In this document: positions 37,810 to 46,140 of the stretch, one piece after another
Numbering within the stretch: the stretch's first letter is position 1
Layout: each line of letters opens with the position of its first letter
From: Rubrivirga sp.
Lineage (GTDB): Bacteria; Bacteroidota; Rhodothermia; Rhodothermales; Rubricoccaceae
DNA: 46,140 bases
NCBI GenBank assembly: GCA_964229475.1
Contig: CAXRFJ010000605.1
Coordinates: 1 to 46,140, forward strand
Reading direction: 5' to 3'
The notes under the pieces: generated by a model
Told to the model about the DNA's origin: nothing
Database searches by the model: none
The model's input: only the letters and a program-made list of their open reading frames with translations
Position numbers and translations under genes: made by a program

Positions 37810-40761
37810 ATGCCGTCCCTCGCGCTTCGGCGCGCGCTCACCGTCCTTCTCGCTGCGCTCATCGCCGGGGGCGCCCAGGGCCAGCCCCGCACGCTCCTGG
37901 CCCGTCACCTCACGCCGGCCGACGGCCTCTCGAGTCTCCGCGTGGACGCCGTCGCCCACCCGCCGGGCGGGCCCGTCTGGATCGTGGCCGGAGAGACGCT
38001 CGACCGCTACGACGGGGCCCGCCTCGGTCCGTCCGCGGACGATGACCTGGGAGGGCGACCGGTCCGGCTTCTCGCGGCCTCCGAGGCCGGCGCCCTCTGG
38101 GCGGCGACCGACGCCGCCCTCTGGCGCCGGGACGCCGGGACGCATCGGTTCGCCCTCGTCGCAGACGTCTCGGCGACGCAGGGGGCCCCTCGCGTTCTTC
38201 TCCCCGATGGCGAGGGGGTGTGGGTCGGTACCGACCGCGCGGTCACGCACGTCTCGTCGAGCGGGCGACCGAGGCCGGTCGGGCCACTGACGAACGGGCC
38301 GGTCCGGGCGCTCGCCAAGGACGGACCCGTGCTGGTCGCCGCGACCGAGGGGGGGCTCACGCGGTTCGACCTCCACGCCCGTCGCGTGCGTCGCGATCGC
38401 CGACGGCGCGGGCTGACGGCCCTGGCTGTTCGCGGGGATACCCTCTGGGCCGGCGACAGCGCGGGGCGCGTCGAGCGTCTGCACCCGGCGACGCTTCAGC
38501 CGTCGGGCGTCACCGCCCAGTTGGGCGCCGCCGTGTCGTCCATGATGGCCTCGAGGGCGCATCCGGGCGTGGTGTGGGGAGGCACACGGGGCAGCGGGCT
38601 CTGGGCCGTCGGACCCGGCGGGGTGCGCGAGGTGGCGATCGTCCGGAAGCGGGACGGCCGCGTCCTCCGCGGCGTCCACGTTCTCTCCGTGGAGGAGCAC
38701 GACGGGACGCTCTCCCTCGGAACCACCGACGGCCTGCTGCAGGCGGAGGTCTCGCGCCCCCGCTTCCACTCGGCTACGTACGCCACCGACCGACCGGACG
38801 GGCTCCGGACGCCCAACGTCATGTCGGTCCACGCCTCACGGCGAGACCCCGGGGTCGTCTGGGTGGGGACCGTGGGCGGGGGCCTCCATCGGTACCACTG
38901 GGCGATGGGCCGGGCGGACCGATGGTTCGGCGACCCGAGCCACCCGCTCTCCGTCCCCTTCGCCATCCACGAGACGGCGGGCGGCGCGCTCTGGCTCGGC
39001 GGCACGGCCCCAACCCTTTTCCGGTTCGACCCCGCGACGGGTCACACCGAGTCCGTTCCGCTGGCGCCCGACCGGGGCGGATACGTAACCGACATCGTGC
39101 CCGTCCGCGGGACTCCGGACGCCCTGTGGGTGGCGACTTCCGAGGCCGGCCTGTTCCGCCTCGACACGGCCACCCGGCAGGCCACCGCTCTGGACGGGCC
39201 CGGCGCGCCGACGTACGTCTGGACGGCCGACGCCTTCCCCGACGCCCCCGGCGTCCTGTACACCGCGACCCAGGGAGCCGGGCTGATGCGACTCGACGTG
39301 GCCTCGGGCAGATGGGCGCGCGTCGAGCCGGCTGGGTGCGCGCTCGATGACCGTCTCGTGTCGCTGGCGGCAGCGCCCGGCCGGGTCCTCTGGATCGGGA
39401 GCTTCGAGAACCGACTGTTCAGAGTCGACCTCGCCTCGGGAACGTGCCGCGTCTGGGGCGCCGCCGAGGGGCTGCCCGACGAGAGCGTCGGAGGAGTCTT
39501 TCTCGACGGACACGGGGCCGTGTGGGTGAGTACGAACGCCGGACTCGCCCGCCTCGACCCCGAGGCCGACGTGATCACGCGGTTCGACGCCGCCGACGGC
39601 CTCCCGAGCGACCAGCTCTACTACCACGCCCGGGACCAGACGCCGACCGGCGAGATCCTCGTCGGGGGCGTCGATGGGTTCGCGGCGTTCGACCCGGCGG
39701 CGGTCGAGATCGACACGACGGCGGCGCCCGTTCGGTTGACGAGCGTCCGAGTCGACGGGGAGAGGGTGCCGCTCGCGGAGGCTCTCAACGGGCTCAGGCT
39801 CCCCCACGATCGGAACGACCTCGCCGTCGAGTTCGCCGGGACCGACCTCCGCCGGCCCGACGCCATCCGGTACCGGGTGCGCCTGGTCGGCGCGGAGGAC
39901 CGGTGGCACACGACGGACCGCGCCGAGGCCCGGTACCCGCTCCTGCCGCCGGGCCAGTACACGCTCCGGGTCGCGGCCACGAACCGCGACGGCTACTGGA
40001 GCGAGCCGACCGACCTCGCCGTCCGGATCCTTCCCCCGTATTGGCTGCGGCCGTGGTTCTGGGCGCTCGTCGCCGGCCTCGTCGGCGCGGTCGGGCTGGT
40101 GGCCCACCGGTACCGCGTGGCCCAGCTCCTCCGCGTCGAGCGGACGCGCCGCCGCATCGCCGACGACCTCCACGACGACATCGGGAGCAAGATCTCGAGC
40201 GTGGCCCTCCGCCTCGACGCCGCCCGGCTCTCGCCCACGCTGCCCGAGGCCGAGCGCGCCCGCCTCGCCCACCTCGGCGACACCGCGCGCGCCGTCGTCG
40301 CCGACCTCCGCGACACCGTCTGGCTCGTCGACGCCGGCCACGACGACCTCAGCTCCGTGGCCGACCGGATGGAGCAGTTCGCGCGCCACACGCTGGAGGG
40401 CGGGCGCGGCACCGTCGAGCGCGGGCCGGTGCCCAAGGCCCCGCTCGACATGGAGGCCCGGCGCGACCTGTACCTCCGCTTTACGGAGGCGCTCCACAAC
40501 GCCGTCCGCCACGCCGAGGCCGGGCGCGTCGCCGTCCGCATCGGCAGCGACGACGACGCGTTCCGGTTCGAGGTCGCCGACGACGGGCGGGGGTTCGACC
40601 CGGCCGCCGGCGGGGCGGGCCGCGGCATGCGCACGATGCGGCGCCGGGCCGACGCGCTCGGCGCGACGCTCGCCGTCGACTCCGCGCCGGGCGAGGGCGC
40701 GCGCGTCGCCGTCCGGGTCCTCCTCCGCGCCCTCTCGACGCGGTATCGTGCGAATGACTGA
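37810..40761 (+). CDS. Sensor histidine kinase: beta-propeller (Reg_prop) + Y_Y_Y + TM + HisKA_3 + HATPase
   Basis: Signal peptide; LTPADGLSS, VWVGT and GLPxxxV propeller motifs; YRVRLVG...RYPLLPPGQYTLRVAATN; PPYWLRPWF TM; RRRIADDLHDDIGS; EALHNAVRH; DDGRGFD. Confidence 0.93.
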   Translation: MPSLALRRALTVLLAALIAGGAQGQPRTLLARHLTPADGLSSLRVDAVAHPPGGPVWIVAGETLDRYDGARLGPSADDDLGGRPVRLLAASEAGALWAATDAALWRRDAGTHRFALVADVSATQGAPRVLLPDGEGVWVGTDRAVTHVSSSGRPRPVGPLTNGPVRALAKDGPVLVAATEGGLTRFDLHARRVRRDRRRRGLTALAVRGDTLWAGDSAGRVERLHPATLQPSGVTAQLGAAVSSMMASRAHPGVVWGGTRGSGLWAVGPGGVREVAIVRKRDGRVLRGVHVLSVEEHDGTLSLGTTDGLLQAEVSRPRFHSATYATDRPDGLRTPNVMSVHASRRDPGVVWVGTVGGGLHRYHWAMGRADRWFGDPSHPLSVPFAIHETAGGALWLGGTAPTLFRFDPATGHTESVPLAPDRGGYVTDIVPVRGTPDALWVATSEAGLFRLDTATRQATALDGPGAPTYVWTADAFPDAPGVLYTATQGAGLMRLDVASGRWARVEPAGCALDDRLVSLAAAPGRVLWIGSFENRLFRVDLASGTCRVWGAAEGLPDESVGGVFLDGHGAVWVSTNAGLARLDPEADVITRFDAADGLPSDQLYYHARDQTPTGEILVGGVDGFAAFDPAAVEIDTTAAPVRLTSVRVDGERVPLAEALNGLRLPHDRNDLAVEFAGTDLRRPDAIRYRVRLVGAEDRWHTTDRAEARYPLLPPGQYTLRVAATNRDGYWSEPTDLAVRILPPYWLRPWFWALVAGLVGAVGLVAHRYRVAQLLRVERTRRRIADDLHDDIGSKISSVALRLDAARLSPTLPEAERARLAHLGDTARAVVADLRDTVWLVDAGHDDLSSVADRMEQFARHTLEGGRGTVERGPVPKAPLDMEARRDLYLRFTEALHNAVRHAEAGRVAVRIGSDDDAFRFEVADDGRGFDPAAGGAGRGMRTMRRRADALGATLAVDSAPGEGARVAVRVLLRALSTRYRAND

Positions 40762-40813
40762 CGCCGGACGCGCGCCTCGTCGGGATCGTATCGACGCCTC
40801 CTCCCCCACCCCG

Positions 40814-41476
40814 ATGCCCCCGTTCCCCGACCTCTCCCACGTCCGCCTCTGGATCGTCGAGGACGACGTGGCCTTCCGCGAGGCCTTCGTCGAGGTCGTC
40901 GGCCCGCACGTCGGGCTGGCGGGCGTGTTCGGGAGCGTCGAGGAGGCGCTGGCCCGGCTCGACGTGCTCCGCGGGGCCGAGACGCCGGACGTGGTCCTCC
41001 TCGACGTCAACCTCCCCGGCCAGAGCGGGATCGAGGGGCTCGGCGCGCTGAAGGCGCGGGCGCCGGGCGCGCGCGTGGTCATGCTCACCATCCGCGACGA
41101 CCCCGAGACGGTCGCCGAGGCGCTGGGGGCCGGGGCCTCGGGCTACGTCACGAAGGGGGCTCCGCTGGAGCGCGTGCTGGCCGCCGTCGCCGAGGCCCAC
41201 GCGGGCGGGATGCTGATGGGGCCGGCCGTCGCCCGCGTCATCCAGGCGTCGTTCGAGCGCCGCCCGCCGCCGCCCGACTACGGCCTGACCGACCGCGAGC
41301 GCGAGGTGCTCGCCGAGATGGCCGCCGGCGGGACTCAGCAGGACATCGCCGACCGGCTGTTCGTGAGCCGGAGCACCGTCAACACGCACGTCCAGCGGCT
41401 CTACGAGAAGCTCCACGTCCACTCGGGGAGCGCGGCCGTGGCGAAGGCCATCCGGGAACGGCTGTTGACCGGGTAG
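40814..41476 (+). CDS. NarL/LuxR-family response regulator
   Basis: WIVEDD, VLLDVNLPG, GYVTK; HTH LTDREREVL...IADRLFVSRSTVNTHVQRLYEKL. Confidence 0.95.
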   Translation: MPPFPDLSHVRLWIVEDDVAFREAFVEVVGPHVGLAGVFGSVEEALARLDVLRGAETPDVVLLDVNLPGQSGIEGLGALKARAPGARVVMLTIRDDPETVAEALGAGASGYVTKGAPLERVLAAVAEAHAGGMLMGPAVARVIQASFERRPPPPDYGLTDREREVLAEMAAGGTQQDIADRLFVSRSTVNTHVQRLYEKLHVHSGSAAVAKAIRERLLTG

Positions 41477-41562
41477 CGGGCCGCCCCGATCCGAGGCGGG
41501 CGGGGTGACGGACGAGGCGTCACGGCGGCCCCCGAGCCTGGGAGCGCCCCTCCCCACCCGCC

Positions 41563-42621
41563 GTGCCCGCTCCCCTCCCCCGCCGCGGCCGCGCCGCCGC
41601 CGTCAACCCGGTCGGCCGGTTCCCCCGCCTCGACGTCACGCTCGACCCGGCCGCCCTCGACGACGACGAGCGCCGGCGCGTCGAGACCGTCGTCCTCCGC
41701 GACACGACGCGGACGGCGCTGGCCAGCAACGACAGCCCGGACCTCCCGTTCTCGCACTCGCTCAACCCGTACCGCGGCTGCGAGCACGGGTGCCCCTACT
41801 GCTTCGCCCGCCCGAGCCACGAGTACCTCGGCTTCTCGGCCGGGCTCGACTTCGAGACCCGGATCGTCGCCAAGCCGGACCTCCCGCGGCTCCTGGCGGA
41901 GGCGTTCCAAAAACCGAGTTGGCGGCCGCAGACAGTCGCGCTCTCGGGCAACACCGACCCCTACCAGCCGGTCGAGCGGAAGCTGGAGATCACGCGCGGC
42001 TGCCTCGAGGTCCTGCTCCGCCACCGGAACCCGGTCGGGCTGATCACCAAGAACGCGCTCGTGACCCGCGACCTCGACGTGCTCCGCGAGCTGGCCGCGC
42101 TCGACCTCGTGCGCGTCACGCTCTCCGTCACGACGCTCCGCGACGACCTCGCGGGCCCGATGGAGCCGCGCGCGAGCCGCCCGGCGGCGCGGCTCCGGGC
42201 CGTCGAGGCGCTCGCCGAGGCGGGCGTGCCCGTCGGCGTCAACGCGGCGCCGCTGATCCCCGGGCTCACCGACGAGGAGCTCCCGGCCATCCTCCGGGCC
42301 GCCGCGGATGCGGGCGCGACGAGCGCCGGCTACATGCTCGTCCGGCTGCCGGGCGCCGTCGCGGAGGTCTTCGAGGAGTGGCTCCGGCGGACGCTGCCCG
42401 ACCGGGCCGACCGCGTGCTCCACCGGATCCGTGAGGGGAAGGGCGGCCGGCTCAACGACCCCCGCTTCGGCCACCGCTTCCGCTCGGACGGGCCGTACGC
42501 CGACGCCGTCCGGCAGGTGTTCCGGGCCGAGGTCCGCCGCCTCGGCCTGAACCGGGAGCGGACCCCGCTCGCGACGGGCCACTTCCGGCGGCTCGCCGGC
42601 GGGCAGATGGACCTGTTCTGA
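41563..42621 (+). CDS. PA0069/Rv2578c-type radical SAM protein (spore-photoproduct-lyase-like)
   Basis: SLNPYRGCEHGCPYCFARPSHEYLG, GNTDPYQPVE, ITKN; C-terminal QMDLF. Confidence 0.92.
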   Translation: MPAPLPRRGRAAAVNPVGRFPRLDVTLDPAALDDDERRRVETVVLRDTTRTALASNDSPDLPFSHSLNPYRGCEHGCPYCFARPSHEYLGFSAGLDFETRIVAKPDLPRLLAEAFQKPSWRPQTVALSGNTDPYQPVERKLEITRGCLEVLLRHRNPVGLITKNALVTRDLDVLRELAALDLVRVTLSVTTLRDDLAGPMEPRASRPAARLRAVEALAEAGVPVGVNAAPLIPGLTDEELPAILRAAADAGATSAGYMLVRLPGAVAEVFEEWLRRTLPDRADRVLHRIREGKGGRLNDPRFGHRFRSDGPYADAVRQVFRAEVRRLGLNRERTPLATGHFRRLAGGQMDLF

Positions 42622-42808
42622 CGGGGCCCGGCAGCCTCTCTCGGCGCGCCCCGGGGGGGGCGTCCGGAAGCCGGCGGCGAGACCGCCTGTCGGGGTGGGC
42701 GACAAGCGGCGACCCGCTCCCCAGGCCGCCGTCGGGATCGTGTCTTTGCATGACGGCACGGCGTGGCCGGCCCTCGATCCTGCGCGCTCAGCCACCCCAC
42801 GCACTCCC

Positions 42809-44437
42809 ATGCCCCTGCGCTCCGCCCTCCTCCTTCTCGCCGCCCTCCTCGCGTTCCCCGCGACCGCCCAGACCGACGGGTTCCTCGTCACCAACACGGC
42901 CGGCGACACGCTCCTCTACGCGGCCCCCGACGGCCGCATCCTCTACGGACCCGACGACGCGCGCGTGACGGTCGGCGAGGGCGGAGAGGGGCTGAAGGTG
43001 ACCGTCTTGCCGGACGCCGGCGGGGCCACACCCGGCCTCTTCGAGATCCAGAACCCGTCCTCTCAGGCGGTCGCCCTCCTCGGCATCACGAACGGGTCGG
43101 GCGTCGCGACGTCCGGGTGGACCTACGATCAGGGGACGGCCGGCGGCTTCTACAACTACAACGGGTCCAACCCGAACCCGTCCGTCGAGGCGTTCACGGT
43201 CGGGACCGGACCCGCGCTCGCCGCCCGCCAGCTCGGCGGCGACCCGGCGGCCAACGTGGCCGAGTTCTGGACCGGCAGCGGGTTCGACGAGTCCAGCTGG
43301 ACCCTCGCCTCGCGCATCGGCGGCGACGGCCGGTACTTCGGCTCGGGTGCCCAGTTCGACCACGGCCTCGGCGCCGTCTATGTCGGCGAGACGTGGGCCG
43401 GGCTCGCCTCGATCGTCACGAACACGACGCAGTGGGAGCAGGCCGGCTACTTCGCCAACCAGTCGACCGAGTCGTTCGCGCCGACCCTCCAGGTCGAGAG
43501 CGTGGGGACCGGGAACGCCCTCTTCATCGACAAGAGCGGCTCGAACGACGGCATCGAGATCCAGCAGCGGGGCGAGGGGCTCGGCATGTACATCCACCAC
43601 ACCGGGCCGTCGGGCGAGGGCATCCGGCTGCGCCACGACGCCGGGGAGGGCTCGGCGGCCGCGTTCGAGTCGTTCAACACGGCGAACGGGTCGCCGGGCG
43701 TCCGCGTCGAGTACCGCGGGCCGGGGCGGGCCGTCCACTCGGTCCACACCGGCACGGGCGGGACGGCGGTCGAGGGCTGGCACAACGGGGCCGAGGGGTT
43801 CTCGGGCCGGTTCTCGACCGGCGACACGGCGAACCCGACGGCCGCGCTCCAGGGGGCGACGCGGGGGACCGGGCCGGCCTTCGAGGCCGCCCAGATCAGC
43901 GGCGACGCGGCCCTCGACGTCGCCGTGTTCTACACCGGCGATGGGTTCGACCGCTCCACCTGGAACCCCGTCATGCGAGTGGCCGGCGACGGCAACGTCT
44001 ACGCGGACGGGACCTTCAACGGCGGCGGGGCTGACTTCGCCGAGCGGTTCGAGGTCGTCGGCGGGCCGGCGGCCTACGAGGTCGGCGACGTGCTGGCGAT
44101 CGCGCCGAGCGCGGACCGGCACCTCGAGCGGTCGGCCGAGCCGTACTCGACGCGGATCCTCGGCGTCTACGCCACGCGCCCGGGCGTCCTCCTCGGCGAC
44201 CCCTCCATCGCGGAGGACACGACGGTGCCCGTCGGCGTCGTCGGCGTCGTCCCGACGAAGGTGACGGGCGAGGGCGGCCCGATCCGCCGGGGCGACCTCC
44301 TCGTGACGTCGTCGACGGCGGGCCACGCCATGCGCGGCGAGCCGGGCCGCGTCGGCGTCGGGATGGTCATCGGGAAGGCGCTCCAGGACTTCGACGGGAC
44401 GCAGGGCGTGATCGAGGTCATGGTCAATGTGCAGTAG
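42809..44437 (+). CDS. Secreted fibre/beta-helix-like protein with a C-terminal Peptidase_G2-like intramolecular chaperone
   Basis: MPLRSALLLLAALLAFPATAQ signal; Gly-rich beta repeats; GGGADFAERF, GDVL, GVYATRPG, VGVVGVVPTKV, IRRGDLLVTSSTAGHAM, IGKAL. Confidence 0.8.
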   Translation: MPLRSALLLLAALLAFPATAQTDGFLVTNTAGDTLLYAAPDGRILYGPDDARVTVGEGGEGLKVTVLPDAGGATPGLFEIQNPSSQAVALLGITNGSGVATSGWTYDQGTAGGFYNYNGSNPNPSVEAFTVGTGPALAARQLGGDPAANVAEFWTGSGFDESSWTLASRIGGDGRYFGSGAQFDHGLGAVYVGETWAGLASIVTNTTQWEQAGYFANQSTESFAPTLQVESVGTGNALFIDKSGSNDGIEIQQRGEGLGMYIHHTGPSGEGIRLRHDAGEGSAAAFESFNTANGSPGVRVEYRGPGRAVHSVHTGTGGTAVEGWHNGAEGFSGRFSTGDTANPTAALQGATRGTGPAFEAAQISGDAALDVAVFYTGDGFDRSTWNPVMRVAGDGNVYADGTFNGGGADFAERFEVVGGPAAYEVGDVLAIAPSADRHLERSAEPYSTRILGVYATRPGVLLGDPSIAEDTTVPVGVVGVVPTKVTGEGGPIRRGDLLVTSSTAGHAMRGEPGRVGVGMVIGKALQDFDGTQGVIEVMVNVQ

Positions 44438-44477
44438 GCGGAGGCCCCGCCACTGTCCACTCCCTGCCCCCAGACCC

Positions 44478-46140
44478 ATGACCCGCCTTTTCCTCCTTCT
44501 CCTGCTGGCCACGAGCGCCAGCGCCCAGGTGGTCGTCCGCGTCGGTGCGGAGACCGCGGCCGCCGCCTCCAACGTCCGCCTCGCGCTCGACGGGACGCTC
44601 GACGCCGTCGGCCCGCTCCGCACGGCGGGCTCGACCGTCACCTTCTCCGACCCGTCGACCGGCGGGATCACGCTGGGGGCCGGCCTCGGCACCACGCTCC
44701 GCCCCGACGGGTCGTTCGACGGGACGGCCGTGAACGGGACCGTCCAGATCCAGGGCGCGCTCACGGTCACCGTCGTCCCGAGCACGTACGTCGCCGAGGG
44801 CGACGCCTTCGAGGTCCTGACGTGCGCCGGCGGCTGCAACGGGACGTTCGGCTCCGTCTCCGCGCCGTTCGCCGTCGACGTGACGTACGGCGCGACCGAC
44901 GTGACGGTCGTCGCGCTCGAGTCCTACGTCGCGCCGTCGGTCGGGCCCATCGCGATCGTCATCGACGGCCCGCGCGGGTCGCGCTTTCTCGGCGCGCCCG
45001 CGGTCGGCGTGACCGTCGACGACCTCGCCGCCCAGAACCTCGTCCGCGGCGTGCCGGGGTACTACCCGGCCGCCGACCCGCCGAACCTCTGGACGGCCTA
45101 CGACGCGACGGCCGCCGAGTGGGTGCCGTCGGCCGGGACGGGCGAGGTGCTCCAGCCGGGCCACGCGTTCCGGTGGTTCATGTACGACCGGGACGTCGGG
45201 AACCCCGAGGTGAGCCGGTCGCGCGAGCTCCCGTTCACGCTCTCGACCGCGCTCCCGGCCCACACGGCCGACGTGACCGTCACGCTCCAGACCGACGGCT
45301 CGCGGATGAACTACCTCGCCAACCCGTTCGGCGGGACCCTGGACCTGACGGGGATTTATGCGTGGCCGGGCGGCGACAACCTCAGCCCCATCGCGCCGGT
45401 GTGGACCTACGACCCGGTCGCCCGGAGCTTCGAGGACGCGCCGGACCGGATCGACCCGTGGATGATGTTCCGCGTCCGGGCCAAGGGGACCCGGCTGAAC
45501 GGGGAGCCGCGGACGCTCACGATCCCGGTCTCGGCCGTCGGCCCGACGTCGTTCGGCCCGCCGGCGCGGCGCGGCGCCCGGCCGCAGATCGCGTTCGCCC
45601 TCGAGGGGGCCGACGCTGACGGCCGGCCGCTGGCCGACCGCGCGTTCACCGTCGCCTTCGACGCGGCGGCCAGCGCCGCCGTCGCCGAGGACGAGGACGC
45701 GCGGAAGCTCCAGCCCCCCGCCGAGGCGTTCGCCCTCGTCGGCTCGCGTGAGGGCCGCCACTTTCTCGGGGTCGACCGGCGCCCGTTCGCGGCCGGCACC
45801 GTGCCGATCGGCGTCGAGGCGCGCGGCACCGCCGCCGAGTTCGTGCTCCGATGGTCGGCCGACGACCTCCCGGACGGCCTCCCCGTCACGCTCGTCGACC
45901 TCGAGACGGGGGCCGAGCTCGACGTCCGGTCCGTGGCCGAGTACGCCTTCCGCGTCGCGCCCCGCCCCGCGCTCGCCGACGCCCCGACGGCCGAACTGGC
46001 CGACGGCGCGGACGCCGCCGACCGGTTCGTCCTCCGCCTCGGGGACGGCCTGGCCGGCGCCGAGGCGGGCGTGACCGAGCTGGCGCTCGACGCCGTCGCG
46101 CCGAACCCGTCGTCCCGGACGGCCCGGATCGCGTTCGCCC
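44478..46140 (+). CDS. Secreted protein with a T9SS-type C-terminal domain; runs off the window end
   Basis: Absent from the ORF track because there is no stop. Manual reading gives MTRLFLLLLLATSASAQ...NYLANPF...LPVTLVDLETG...ELALDAVAPNPSSRTARIAFA (start of the CTD). Confidence 0.85.
   Translation, partial: MTRLFLLLLLATSASAQVVVRVGAETAAAASNVRLALDGTLDAVGPLRTAGSTVTFSDPSTGGITLGAGLGTTLRPDGSFDGTAVNGTVQIQGALTVTVVPSTYVAEGDAFEVLTCAGGCNGTFGSVSAPFAVDVTYGATDVTVVALESYVAPSVGPIAIVIDGPRGSRFLGAPAVGVTVDDLAAQNLVRGVPGYYPAADPPNLWTAYDATAAEWVPSAGTGEVLQPGHAFRWFMYDRDVGNPEVSRSRELPFTLSTALPAHTADVTVTLQTDGSRMNYLANPFGGTLDLTGIYAWPGGDNLSPIAPVWTYDPVARSFEDAPDRIDPWMMFRVRAKGTRLNGEPRTLTIPVSAVGPTSFGPPARRGARPQIAFALEGADADGRPLADRAFTVAFDAAASAAVAEDEDARKLQPPAEAFALVGSREGRHFLGVDRRPFAAGTVPIGVEARGTAAEFVLRWSADDLPDGLPVTLVDLETGAELDVRSVAEYAFRVAPRPALADAPTAELADGADAADRFVLRLGDGLAGAEAGVTELALDAVAPNPSSRTARIAFA

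Noticed and set aside
36811-41557. Minus-strand ORFs 36811..38832, 38836..41091 and 40481..41557
   Set aside because: They overlap the well-supported kinase and regulator on the plus strand and carry no motifs.
42809-44437. Prophage remnant
   Set aside because: The protein has a Sec signal and native codon usage, with no integrase, capsid or tail genes nearby.

Overview
Very GC-rich bacterial chromosomal DNA. SusC/SusD, T9SS-type C-terminal domains and Shine-Dalgarno-less starts point to Rhodothermota (Rubrivirga-like); this taxonomy is inference. Contents from left to right: (1) a minus-strand SusC-SusD locus with LacI-type operators, three FG-GAP/ASPIC-UnbV lipoproteins and a plug-only SusC-like lipoprotein; (2) glpK-glpD-glpF; (3) two exported hypotheticals, a GH13 alpha-glucosidase and a DUF1440 protein; (4) a formate/Mo-cofactor cluster (D-2-hydroxyacid dehydrogenase, ForC/YjgC-type FDH with Cys-Gln active site, DUF1641 partner, fdhD, operator-flanked RutE-like nitroreductase, DASS transporter, small conserved protein, mobA); (5) a T9SS beta-propeller protein with atypical codon usage, a diheme peroxidase-family protein and archaeal-like ahcY; (6) an orphan Cys-tailed ORF, a propeller/Y_Y_Y histidine kinase and a NarL regulator; (7) a PA0069-type radical SAM; (8) a signal-peptide fibre-like protein with a phage-type Peptidase_G2 chaperone followed by a T9SS protein. 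No rRNA, tRNA, CRISPR or transposase was seen. The best novelty candidates are the orphan-peptide/variable-sensor two-component cassette (36949-41476) and the phage-appendage-like fibre plus T9SS partner (42809-46140). All family calls come from motif recognition by eye, not from searches.
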